A DNA stretch of 32,000 nucleotides from Bifidobacterium longum subsp. longum JCM 1217 (lineage in GTDB: Bacteria > Actinomycetota > Actinomycetes > Actinomycetales > Bifidobacteriaceae). The notes below the pieces were generated by a model. It did no database searches. It saw nothing but the letters and a program-made list of their open reading frames with translations, and had not been told where the DNA came from. Made by a program: the position numbers and the translations under genes. Each line of letters opens with the position of its first letter. Position 1 is the first letter of the stretch. The stretch lies in the NCBI RefSeq assembly GCF_000196555.1, contig NC_015067.1, positions 1,020,001 to 1,052,000 of the forward strand, in the 5' to 3' direction. Shown piece after piece: positions 18,246 through 27,129 of this stretch.

Positions 18246-18497
18246 AACTGTCGAAACCGCGGAATAACGCCGATTTCCGCTACAGCTCCATGATTATCCA
18301 CAACCGTTCATAGCGAGCGCTGTGGGACGGCGGGCGGAAAACGGCCGAATCCGCGTGCCGTCCCACACCTCGTGCAATCCACGTTTCGGGAAAGCACCAC
18401 CGTAAGACCGGCGCGCATCCGCATCCACGACAGGAGCCTTACCGGCCGTAATCCCGCACTCGATTATTTTTTCTGACAGGGAATCGAACCCGAAACA

Positions 18498-19187
18498 CTA
18501 ACCCATGCACGCCCCACCGCAAACAGCGAATAACCAAATGTATGCATTTTCGGCACCATGAGCGAAGGAGTTCGCAAACACAACAGTGATTGGCATATAC
18601 GGCATCGACCGGATGAACAGCATCGCGTCCTCATAGGTCAAGACCCACTGGGACTCGTCGCCCTTGGGTATAGGGACATTGCCTGTGTCATAGTCGTTAA
18701 GCAGCACAAGACTCGGCAAATATCGTTCCAAGATCTCGGCGGTGCCAGCAATTTCCGGTTCGGTGGACCTCGATAGCACCTTGACGACGGCGTGAAGTGC
18801 GTCAAGCCGCTTGCGATTGATGGTATAACCATCAACGAGATGCTGCTTCAGAACTGAGTTGGCCCATCGCCGGAAATAGATGCCTTCCTTGGATTTGACG
18901 CGGTATCCGACCGACAGGATCATATCCAGGTTGTAATGCTCGACTTGGTATGTCTTACCGTCAGATGCAGTTGTCGCAAATTTTGCGACAACTGAAAATC
19001 CATTGAGCTCTTCCCTTAATGCATTGCCGACATGCTTGCCGATTGTTTTGATATCGCGGCCAAACAGCAAGGCCAATTGCTGTCTGTTAAGCCACACCGT
19101 GTCCTCGTCTACCTTCACATCGAGGTGCACGGTGTGGTCCGCGCTCTCATACAAAGCAATCTGCTGCTTCAGTTCCTCGCCAGTCAT
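18498..19187 (-). pseudogene. RhuM/Fic-DOC family protein, N-terminal part only (Fic domain missing)
   Basis: LNRQQLALLFGRDIKTIGKHV...YNLDMILSVGYRVKSKEGIYFRRWA matches the RhuM N-terminal region, followed by the linker LLNDYDTG...LTYEDA. After about residue 200 the sequence becomes non-homologous and stops. No HPFxDGNKR motif is found in any frame downstream. Confidence 0.65.
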
Positions 19188-19539
19188 GAGATCGCCTTTC
19201 TTTTTTCGGGCGTCTGTAAATCATGTCGTTGTCGTCGCTAAATTATGCATCCAGTTTATCAGGGCAGTCGAACGTTTGTTCGATTACTGTATCTCTCATA
19301 TTTGTATGACTTTCCCGACGACGTATTGGCTATGACGGAGGTAATGGGCACGGGGATAATGCTGATGATGGGCATTTCCATCATGCAAAAACCTATGCCC
19401 CGTATTGAAAAAAGCTATTGGACCAAGCCGTTGGGCTTAGGCCATGATAATTGGGCCATTGCGCGGCTTATCCGTTCGACGGATGTTCCGGATTTGCGAT
19501 GGCGTTGAATTGCAATTATCAAATGAAAGAGCAAATTGT

Positions 19540-20040
19540 ATGAGCGAAAACAATGATGCCAAACACGTGCTGTTGGTGTTGATCAGTCACTCCGATTTGG
19601 GAGGTGTGAGACCTACTGGCTTTTATGTTGATGAGGCCGCACATCCTTGGCAGGTGTTCAGACGAATGGGCTTCACTGTGGGCCTTGCATCCATCGCTGG
19701 TGGCGTACCGCCGCAGGCTGGCCGTCATCCCGGTGACCCTGTGCAAGAGCAATTTCTGCATGATGCGGATATATCACGCCAGCTAGTGAATACGCGCGCC
19801 TTGGCTCAAGTAAACGCGAACCGATATGATAGCGGTGCTATTCGTTGGCGGTCACGGTGTGATGTGGGATTTCCCCAACAATTCTGTGGTGAACGCCGTC
19901 GGCCGGAACATCTGGGAGCGCGGCGGCATTGTGCCATGGGCCTGCGGCATTGGTGGATATGACGTTGTCGGATGGCAGTTATCTGATTGCCGGCAAGCAG
20001 GTCACCGGATTCACCAACGGCGAAGAGCAAAATCTCGGGT
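19540..20040 (+). pseudogene. DJ-1/PfpI (class I glutamine amidotransferase-like, Hsp31-type) gene with two frameshifts and a 3' truncation
   Basis: The reading continues across three frames. MSENNDAKHVLLVLISHSDLGG...NANRYD (frame 1) shifts at an extra A near 19831 to AVLFVGGHGVMWDFPNN...ERGGIV (frame 2). It shifts again near 19932 to CHGPAALVDMTLSDGSYLIAGKQVTGFTNGEEQNLG (frame 0, nucleophile-elbow CHG). Homology ends near 20040. Confidence 0.75.
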
Positions 20041-20117
20041 GTTATCCGTGGCTGCGGCGGGCGAATAGAAGGGAGATTGAGATAGAGGCAGGGGAGATGC
20101 CGGGTGCATCGCCGGCA

Positions 20118-20470
20118 TCACGCCTCCGTGAAATACTCGTTTTCGTCCGCAAGCCGGCCGCCTTTGATGAACAGGAATCGCTCGCACAACTCCTGCAGCT
20201 GGAGATGAGCATGGCGATGCTGCGGTCGCAAGCCCACTGTCTGAGCACGGCGATGAGCTGGAGCACGCCGTCCGGGTCGAGGTCCACGAACGGTTCGTCG
20301 AGAATCAGGAACTCCGGATCATTGACCAGCGCGATGACCAACGCAAGACGCTGTTTCATGCTGAACGAGAAACCGGCGGGCCTGCGGTCACGGTACGGCC
20401 AAAGTCCCACAAGTTCAAGCACCGGGCGGATTGGGAGGCGCGAGCGGTGGGTCGGACGATTACAGTGTGA
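20118..20470 (-). pseudogene. ABC transporter ATP-binding protein, C-terminal fragment with frameshift (Walker A half deleted)
   Basis: LELVGL...FSFSMKQRLALVIALVNDPEFLILDEPFVDLDP (signature + Walker B), then AMLISS. A frame change near 20215 restores HLQLQELCERFLFIKGGRLADENEYFTEA* (stop at 20118-20120). Confidence 0.7.
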
Positions 20471-20538
20471 GCCGAATACGTTCATGAATCATCGAATCAC
20501 AAGGCGAGGCGGACCGCAAGTATTCGAGAGTCGCCAGT

Positions 20539-20791
20539 TCGGTCGATTTCAATGACAATGGTGTGGACGATTACGCGGATATCGTGGCGGGTGCGCGCAA
20601 GGACGCCGAAAACCATCCGGCTTACGATTCCGGCTACTATCAGGGCGGCTATCCGCCGGCCGATCGCGGGGCGTGCACCGTACGTGATTCACAACATGGC
20701 GCAGCGGCAGCGCGAAAACGACTACTTCGCCTTCAAGAAGCACATGACGGTCACCGGGCACTACCGTTTCGACGCTTCGAAAGTGCTGTAG
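20539..20791 (+). pseudogene. DUF1287-like gene remnant with frameshift (low confidence)
   Basis: FNDNGVDDYADIVAGARKDAENHPAYDSGYYQGGYPPADRGACT resembles, from my recollection, the DUF1287 N-terminal signature (GARKDA...YD..YY..GYPP...GVCTDV). The frame shifts near 20690 and ends in ...ENDYFAFKKHMTVTGHYRFDASKVL*. No start codon or N-terminus is present. Confidence 0.3.
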
Positions 20792-20798
20792 AGCGTAC

Positions 20799-21824
20799 TC
20801 AGGGCTTGGCGGTGACGGTCGGAGCGGCGTCGGCATTGCCGGCTTTGGCTCCGACTGCATCAGCTGAATCGGTGCCGGCCGCACTGGCGTTAGCACTATC
20901 GTCAGCGTTGGCACCGCCGGCTTTGGCCTTGGCATCAGCCGCGCTCCCGCCATCGATCACCAGTCGCAGATAATCGCGGTCGGCGGACTTGCGGCGCGGC
21001 ACGAACCGACTGATGATGGAGTTTTTCTTGCCGCGGTTCTTCACGTACAGGAAGCCGGACACGGAGAACACGACCGCGCCGATGAAGTTGACGATAAGAT
21101 CCTCCATCGTGTCGATCAGACCGATGTCGAGGTAGCCGCCGAGGCCCAAGTCTTGGCCATTGACCGTGACCTGGGTGATGTCGTTGATGCGAATCGCATG
21201 GTTGGTGTGCGTGGGGTCGAGCATCACCGAGCTGATGGAATGCACGATGGCGTCTTTCTGCATGTCGAATCCGAACAACTGGTCCATGCCGAATTCGAAG
21301 AACTCCCAGATCACGCCGATGGTCATGGAGAAGCAGAAGGAGACGATCGCCAGATACAGGGGCGAAAGCTCGAACTTCACCCGGTCGGACCGGTTGAGCA
21401 GGTCGACCAGCGAGAAGCCGATCGCCGCGGCGAGGAAGCCGTTCATCGTGTGCAACACCGTGTCCCAGAACGGGAAGATCTCATAGAACGAACTGATCTC
21501 GCCAAGAATCTCGGACGAGAACACGAACACCAGCACGATGACTTCCAGCACCGAAGGCAGCTCGATGCGGAACTGCACCTGGATGAACGCCGGCGCCAAC
21601 AGCAACAGCAACGTCAGGATGCACAGGAACACATTTTCGTAGTCGCCGTTAAAGAACTGGAGTATTGCCATGGCGAGCACCAGCATGCGCAGCACCACAT
21701 AGACCGCGAATGAGCTTTTGTGTTCGCGGATTTCCATGCCTACGGCTCGGCTCATGGTCTTCCAGCGTACGCGCCAGGACGGTTTGCGTTGTGCGTCGTG
21801 CTGTTGTGACCGTTTCCGGGTCAT
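20799..21824 (-). CDS. Conserved multi-pass membrane protein of unknown function with an Ala/Asp-rich low-complexity C-terminal tail, 341 aa
   Basis: About 6-7 hydrophobic segments, with conserved-looking blocks FWDTVLHTMNGFLAAAIGFSLVD, SMTIGVIWEFFEFGMDQ and GYLDIGLIDTMEDLIVNFIGA. AAGAGG SD lies 5 nt upstream of ATG 21824. Confidence 0.8.
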   Translation of the reverse strand: MTRKRSQQHDAQRKPSWRVRWKTMSRAVGMEIREHKSSFAVYVVLRMLVLAMAILQFFNGDYENVFLCILTLLLLLAPAFIQVQFRIELPSVLEVIVLVFVFSSEILGEISSFYEIFPFWDTVLHTMNGFLAAAIGFSLVDLLNRSDRVKFELSPLYLAIVSFCFSMTIGVIWEFFEFGMDQLFGFDMQKDAIVHSISSVMLDPTHTNHAIRINDITQVTVNGQDLGLGGYLDIGLIDTMEDLIVNFIGAVVFSVSGFLYVKNRGKKNSIISRFVPRRKSADRDYLRLVIDGGSAADAKAKAGGANADDSANASAAGTDSADAVGAKAGNADAAPTVTAKP

Positions 21825-22009
21825 TCTTGCCTCTTTCTCGCATTGTTCTCGCGCCAGTCTATCCGAACCTGCTTACAGGCAATCGGCAAGAACGGGCGAT
21901 AGTCTGGCCGCATGAACCGAATGGAAACCGATGCTGCCTCGATTGTGGACCGCACGAATCATGCGGCGATGCTCGATAGGGCCATTGTGCCGGCGGCACG
22001 CCACCGCGT

Positions 22010-22210
22010 GTGCTGATTGCAGTGCTCGCCGTGCTGCTGTACCGCCGTATGGGCATGATTACACCGCCGATCGTGGCTCATGGCATGTATGACGTCTCCG
22101 CCGCCATGACCAATCTGACCGGAATCGCCGGCTCCTCATGGTCACTGGTCGTAGGGCTGGCAATCATGGCCATGCCGGTGGTTTGGGCTATCGTGAGGTG
22201 TGCGAGATAG
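22010..22210 (+). pseudogene. CPBP (CAAX) intramembrane protease, C-terminal remnant
   Basis: LLYRRMGMITPPIVAHGMYDV resembles the last conserved CPBP motif (LY.RTGSL..PI..H...N/D) plus the final TM segment. There is no upstream catalytic EExxxR motif. Confidence 0.45.
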
Positions 22211-22282
22211 GCTTTGTACCGGTTGGCAGCAAATCAAACCAGCGAGACAACGGAATGAACGAAGCGAAAGGAACGGTATCTG

Positions 22283-22711
22283 ATGACTCCGATTGAATTG
22301 TCAACCCGACGCCGGGTTACGGGACTGACTTCGGATGAGTTCGCCAGGCTGTTCGTCTCTTTGCAACGCGATGTGGACGGCGAAGCCGCGCATTGGAGCG
22401 CCACGGACGTCGAATCCTGGGAGCTGGTCGGCCCGCCGGTGACCGCCGAACAGCATCTTATCGACACGTTCGCCGCGGCCAACGAATTCGTGGCCACGCT
22501 TGCGGACCGTCTGTACCACACGATCATGCCAGTCACGGAAGAATCGGTCATCACCGCATACGCTGATGACCTCACATTCTGGGCATCGCATCCAGACCTT
22601 GGCGGAGTGCCGTGCGCATTATGGAACATCGCCGCACTGCAGGCGGCCGAATGGGCCCGCAAGGAAACCGGCATCGCCTGTGAACTAGACGTGCGCGAAC
22701 CGCTGGTGTGA
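22283..22711 (+). CDS. Hypothetical 142-aa protein, possible YdiL/Aca2-like (DUF1870-like) HTH protein
   Basis: N-terminus MTPIELSTRRRVTGLTSDEFARLF...SATDVESWE follows the pattern (ELxxxRxxxxLTxxExA...VxxWE) seen in YdiL/Aca2-type HTH proteins. The C-terminal half (TAYADDLTFWASHPDLGGVPCALWNIAALQAAEWA) parallels their helical domain. The family assignment is from memory only. Confidence 0.6.
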   Translation: MTPIELSTRRRVTGLTSDEFARLFVSLQRDVDGEAAHWSATDVESWELVGPPVTAEQHLIDTFAAANEFVATLADRLYHTIMPVTEESVITAYADDLTFWASHPDLGGVPCALWNIAALQAAEWARKETGIACELDVREPLV

Positions 22712-22719
22712 CAGCTGAG

Positions 22720-22754
22720 CTCAAACATGGGCGTAGGTAACGGCATGGTTTGAG
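22720..22754 (+). terminator. Hairpin downstream of the 142-aa gene (CTCAAACATG ... CATGGTTTGAG, one bulge)
   Basis: Read directly 9 nt after the stop. There is no U-tract. Confidence 0.35.
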
Positions 22755-22787
22755 GACTATGGTGTTGCGTTACCGGTCGGAAAGGAT

Positions 22788-23441
22788 ATGATGGTGGGGC
22801 GTCATAGCAAAAAAGCGCGTGGACAGTCGAGGAGACATGCGCGAAAGTCCTCCGTTTGGAGTGAAATTCGCGGCTATCTGCTGACGGTGATCGCGGTGAT
22901 GCTGGTCGTGTTGCTGGGACGCACCTTCGTGTTCAACGTCTATGTGATTCCATCCCGTAGCATGGAAGACACGTTGCAAATCGGCGACCGCGTATTTGCC
23001 TCGCGATTGACTCCGAGACTCTTTGCACTGCACCGTGGCGACATCATCGTGTTCAAAGATCCCGCAGACTGGATGGAGGGGGAGCAGCTTCCCACCAATC
23101 TGATGTCGATAATCGACAGCAATCGTTACCTAATCAAACGTGTCATCGGTCTGCCCGGCGATACCGTCACCTGCAAGGGATCCGGGGAGCCCATCACGGT
23201 CAACGGCAAACCCATTGATGAAAGCGCTTATCTTAAGTCCGGCGTGAATCCAAGCGACAGTCCTTTTTCCGTAACCGTTACTGACGGCAACGTGTTCGTG
23301 CTTGGTGATAATCGCTCCAATTCCAGAGATTCTCGATACCATCTTGACGACGGCAACAATGGGCTAGTGCCATACGACGATATCCAAGGTGTGGCGTTGT
23401 TCCGCTTCTGGCCATTTACGAGAATCGGCTTGCTCAATTGA
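22788..23441 (+). CDS. lepB: Signal peptidase I, 217 aa
   Basis: N-terminal TM, catalytic Ser box IPSRSMEDTL, YLIKRVIGLPGD (Lys box) and VLGDNRSNSRDSRYH. The exact start (ATG 22788/22791 or GTG 22794) is uncertain. Confidence 0.9.
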   Translation: MMVGRHSKKARGQSRRHARKSSVWSEIRGYLLTVIAVMLVVLLGRTFVFNVYVIPSRSMEDTLQIGDRVFASRLTPRLFALHRGDIIVFKDPADWMEGEQLPTNLMSIIDSNRYLIKRVIGLPGDTVTCKGSGEPITVNGKPIDESAYLKSGVNPSDSPFSVTVTDGNVFVLGDNRSNSRDSRYHLDDGNNGLVPYDDIQGVALFRFWPFTRIGLLN

Positions 23442-23779
23442 GTTTGGCGTGAATACGCAAGTTGACATGTGTCGCACGGCCCGGTGCATCCTGCAGTCGG
23501 ACCGTTTCCGGAACCCTCCCCCCGAAATCTGACGACCCCCCTGTCTCACAGCTATCGCACAGCTCCGATACGGGAAACGTGCGGGTGATTCCATAACGAC
23601 TACGTACTTCAGGAAGTGACGTGTATCGCATTATGGTCATGTGTTCAGTGCCGCAGATAGGCGAAGTTTATTCATGAGCCGAATAGGGCCGGTGAAGCGG
23701 GCTCTCACTGCGTTCATAATACGGCATATCGTGAACGGCGTTATCATCACAGTCAGGCCGAATTAAAGGAGGCTCGGTC

Positions 23780-24400
23780 ATGGTCGCCGCATCCACGGCA
23801 TTCAGCCCGTCAAGCACGATGACGGCCAGTTTGGTGGAATCGACTGGCCTGCCCAGTGCCGCTATTCCTGTGCACGAGGATGGTAACAACGGCAACGGCG
23901 ACAGTAGTGCCGATGGCAGCGGCGACGACGGCGGCATGGTCAGATCGCTGAGCCTGTGGAACTACTTCACCATGGGATTCGGCGCAATCATCGGCACCGT
24001 ATGGGTGCTGCTGGTCGGTGACTGGATGATCGTCGGCGGTGGCCCGGTCGAGGCGATGATCGCCTTCGTGCTGGGCGCCGTGTTTCTGCTGCCGATCGGC
24101 TCGACGTCCGGCGCGGTTACCATGGTCGGGTCGTTTCTGCCCGGAGTGCTGGTGATGACGCCGCTCTTCTACACCGGTTTCGACACGATTCCGCAGAGTG
24201 CCGAAGAGGCAAGCGAAGGCCTTGACTGGAAGAAGTTCGGTATGGTCATCTCAGCTTCGCTGCTGGCCGCCGGCCTAATCATCATTGGCCTGCAGGTGCT
24301 GCCGTTCTCCCCGGCCGCGCTCAAACCCACATCATGGGCAATCGTGGCGGTGTGGATTTGCTGGGTCTGGCATTGCGTTGGATCAGTGCACGTTCACGGC
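23780..24400 (+). pseudogene. APC-family amino-acid permease remnant (internal and C-terminal deletions)
   Basis: AAGGAGG SD. RSLSLWNYFTMGFGAIIGTVWVLLVGDW (TM1) and FYTGFDTIPQSAEEA (TM6-7 region) are only about 90 aa apart. The ORF then runs without homology into the 3' end of the convergent permease gene. Confidence 0.55.
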
Positions 24401-24434
24401 GCGAATAGCGGTGCGCCGGTAGGTCGCGAGCCGT

Positions 24435-26009
24435 TCAGTCGCGCGCGACCCAAAGCGTATCGAGGTCGTCGGCCTCGGTCGCCTTTTTGCGCTTGCGTAC
24501 CCACTGTTGCAGGAAATACGCCCCATAGCAGGCCACGATGAACACGAGCTCGGCCACGAGCGCGAACCGTTGCTCCACGTCGAAAATCACCAATACGAAC
24601 GATGCGGTGCACAGGATGAACGCCGCCCAAGACACGTACGGATAGCCGGGCGTGCGGTATTTGAGTTCGCTGGTGGAATGGCCGGACTCCAGCCAACGGC
24701 GACGGAACACGATCTGGCAGTAGGCGATGGCGATCCACACCACCACGGCGGACAGGCCGGAAAGCGCCACCAGCACCAGGTACACAGTCGAGGCGGCGAT
24801 CACGGAAGACAGGAGCGCCAGCAGGCCACCGGCCATCGCGGCGCACAAGGCGAGCATCGGCACGCCGCGACGGTTCGTTTTGGCGAACCAGCGCGGAATC
24901 ATGCCTTCGTTGCCCATCGACCACACCATGCGCGTGGAGGCGTACAGGCCGGAATTCGAGGCGGAGAGCACGGCCGTGAGCACCACGAAGTTCATGATGT
25001 CTCCCGCATAGGGGATGCCTATGCCGTTGAACACGAGCACGAACGGGCTTTCGCCCACGCCGGCCTTGCGCCACGGGATCAGCGCGCACATCACGGTGAT
25101 TGAGCCGATGAAGAAGAGCACCAGACGCCACAGGGTGGTGTGGATGGCTTTCGGCACGGCGGTTTGCGGGTCCCTCGTCTCACCGGCGGTCACGCCGATG
25201 AGTTCGGTGCCGGAGAACGCGAAGTTGACGGTCAGAATCGTGGCGAACACCGGCATGAAGCCGTTGGGGAAGACGCCGTCCTTGATGAGATTGCCGAACA
25301 TCGGGGCATGTTGGTAGCCGGCGACCGGGATGACGCCGAAGATGGCGAGCGATCCGATGACGATGAACGCGCAGATGGCGAACACCTTGATCGAGGCGAA
25401 CCAGAATTCCGCTTCGGCGAAGAGCCGCACCGACAAGGCGTTCAGGGTGAAGATGAGAATGATGCACGCCGCGCTCCACACCCATGTGGGGCTGTCCGGG
25501 AACCAGCGTTGCATGAGCAGGCCGGCGGCGGTGAATTCGGAGCCGAGCGCCACCGTCCAGGTGAGCCAATACTGGATTGCGATCACGAAGCCGGTGCCAG
25601 GGCCGATGAACTTCTCGGCATACACATGGAAGGAGCCGGTCACCGGCATGGCCACGGACAGTTCGCCGAGCGTGAGCATGACCAGGTAGACGATCAGCGC
25701 GCCGATGCTGTATGCCAGGATCGTGCCGATGGGGCCCGCCTGCTGGATGGTGTATCCGGAGCTCAGGAACAGGCCGGTGCCGATCACGCCGCCTAATGAG
25801 ATCATCTGCAGGTGGCGGGATTCCATGCCGCGCTTCAGGTTGGTATGTAGGGCGTGCTCGTCTTTGCCATCATGTGACGACTCGGACTGGCTGGTTTGCG
25901 CTGGTTGATTCATCTGTTCCGAATGGCTTCGACGGCCATCCGTCTGAATCTGCGGTTCCTGTTGCGAGGACGGCGACTGTGCCGCCGTGTCGGTGTCGGG
26001 CTGACTCAT
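24435..26009 (-). CDS. Amino-acid permease (AAT family, LysP/AroP-like), about 524 aa
   Basis: [37 protein letters not shown] and 12 TM-like segments. The start is placed at MSQPDTD (26009). Upstream in-frame ATGs (26039, 26099) lack an SD, so the start is uncertain. Confidence 0.88.
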   Translation of the reverse strand: MSQPDTDTAAQSPSSQQEPQIQTDGRRSHSEQMNQPAQTSQSESSHDGKDEHALHTNLKRGMESRHLQMISLGGVIGTGLFLSSGYTIQQAGPIGTILAYSIGALIVYLVMLTLGELSVAMPVTGSFHVYAEKFIGPGTGFVIAIQYWLTWTVALGSEFTAAGLLMQRWFPDSPTWVWSAACIILIFTLNALSVRLFAEAEFWFASIKVFAICAFIVIGSLAIFGVIPVAGYQHAPMFGNLIKDGVFPNGFMPVFATILTVNFAFSGTELIGVTAGETRDPQTAVPKAIHTTLWRLVLFFIGSITVMCALIPWRKAGVGESPFVLVFNGIGIPYAGDIMNFVVLTAVLSASNSGLYASTRMVWSMGNEGMIPRWFAKTNRRGVPMLALCAAMAGGLLALLSSVIAASTVYLVLVALSGLSAVVVWIAIAYCQIVFRRRWLESGHSTSELKYRTPGYPYVSWAAFILCTASFVLVIFDVEQRFALVAELVFIVACYGAYFLQQWVRKRKKATEADDLDTLWVARD

Positions 26010-26106
26010 GTTTCTCTCTTTGCCATGCGTGCGTTCCATAGGCGTCGTCGTGACGGCCCGGAATAGTATACCCGCACCGAGGATATAGCTGCGCTGCATG
26101 ATGCTG

Positions 26107-26317
26107 AGTCAAAATCAGCTTCAAGGGGCTGATTTGGCGTTTGCCGGAGGTCTACTTCCGTTTCAAGGGGCTGGTCAACTGGCGGAACGCAGATAGAAAT
26201 GGCATTGTTCTATCGCTATTCCGCCGTTTTTAACCAGTGGCTACTTTGGCATCAGCCCCTTGAAACGGAAGTAGATGTTCCGCAAAGTCAAAATCAGCCC
26301 CTTGAAACGGAGATAGG
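26107..26317. repeat. Composite repeat locus: 13-nt direct repeats flanking a 125-bp imperfect palindrome (26151-26275), plus a further forward unit
   Basis: AGTCAAAATCAGC occurs at 26107-26119 and 26286-26298. CTACTTCCGTTTCAAGGGGCTG (26152-26173) is the exact reverse complement of 26253-26274. Internal stems are GGCGGAA/TTCCGCC and GATAGAA/TTCTATC. Forward units lie at 26253 and 26295 (42-nt period). Confidence 0.8.
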
Positions 26318-26329
26318 CACTCGCAGCGG

Positions 26330-27128
26330 CTACTTCACCTTCTGGATACGCAGCACGAACACGGCAGCGCACACGGCCATGACGATGGAGATGGCGAACG
26401 CCGGCGTGTAGGTGCCGGTCGTGGTCTTGACCACGGAGGTGATGGTGGGACCGACTGCTTGGCCGAGCGTGGTGGCCAGGTTGAGGATGCCGAGGCCCTT
26501 ACCGGCCTCTTCCTTGTTCGGCAGCACGTCGACGTTGAGCGCTTGGTCGATGGCTGAGTACACGCCGTAGCCGAAGCCGGCGATGCCCGCATACAGGTAC
26601 ATGCCCGTGACGCTCGGCATGATCCACGGCATCGCGGTGCCAATCGCGAACAGCAGCGAGGCGATGATGACTGGTACCTTGTGCGTGTGCATCTTGTCGG
26701 AGATCGGGCCGGAGATCAGCGAAGCGGTCAGGGAAACGACCATGGTGATGATGGACATGGTGGCGATGGTGCCGGCAGCCTCGGTCTTGGTCTGGTGCAC
26801 GTAATCCTCGACGATGTAGAGTTGGTACACGGAGATCATCTGGTAGCTGAGCAACATGCACACTCGGCAGCCGAACGCCTTGTAGAAGTCACGCGAGGTG
26901 GAGAACTTCGGGAAGTGGAAGGAGACAGCGAGATCCTTGAGCGTCATCTTGGTGCGTTCCATGTCCTTTGAGGATTCCTCGCGAGGTCAGATGTCAAGCG
27001 CCACGAATCCGGAAGCCCATGATCACGGCGCCGATGATGAAGCCGGCTTGCGCATTGTTGATCATGCGAGAGCCGATCATGGTGCCGATGGGCTGGCCGG
27101 TGACCATGCCGCCGCCGTAGAAGGAGTC
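26330..27128 (-). pseudogene. MFS transporter remnant (C-terminal six-TM half intact as ORF 26330-26962; upstream part frameshifted and N-terminally truncated)
   Basis: The central-loop/TM7 signature SRDFYKAFGCRVCMLLSYQMISVYQLYIVEDYV starts the 210-aa ORF. An upstream fragment in another frame (FYGGGMVTGQPIGTMIGSRMINNAQAGFIIGAVIMGF) ends at a stop at 26994. There is nothing MFS-like beyond about 27130. Confidence 0.6.
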
Positions 27129-27129
27129 G

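Noticed and set aside
18478-18503. tRNA 3'-end-like fragment (minus strand GGGTTCGATTCCC) as a possible island att site.
   Set aside because: Only the T-loop-like core matches. The flanking bases do not form a 5-bp T-stem or a plausible acceptor arm. No full tRNA and no second copy of the segment exists in the window.
19929-20555. 208-aa plus-strand ORF.
   Set aside because: It is a chimera. The first about 37 aa are the third frame of the DJ-1/PfpI pseudogene. The rest is antisense to the ABC ATPase remnant and has no protein-like features.
20549-20973. ORFs 20549-20953 (-) and 20563-20973 (+) overlapping the 3' tail of the membrane-protein gene.
   Set aside because: The plus-strand ORF is partly the DUF1287-like remnant read past its frameshift. 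The remainder of both ORFs is low-complexity sequence antisense or out of frame to the Ala/Asp-rich tail.
26107-26317. Possible CRISPR array or integron attC site, considered because of the repeated and palindromic motif.
   Set aside because: There are only two forward units with a roughly 20-nt conserved core at a 42-nt period, which is too short and too few for CRISPR, and no cas genes are present. The palindrome lacks the RYYYAAC/GTTRRRY boundary motifs of attC sites.
26010-26330. Lysine (L-box) riboswitch or T-box leader upstream of the LysP-like permease.
   Set aside because: Reading the minus strand, I see none of the conserved L-box elements, and no T-box specifier or terminator-antiterminator arrangement. 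The region is explained by the repeat element.
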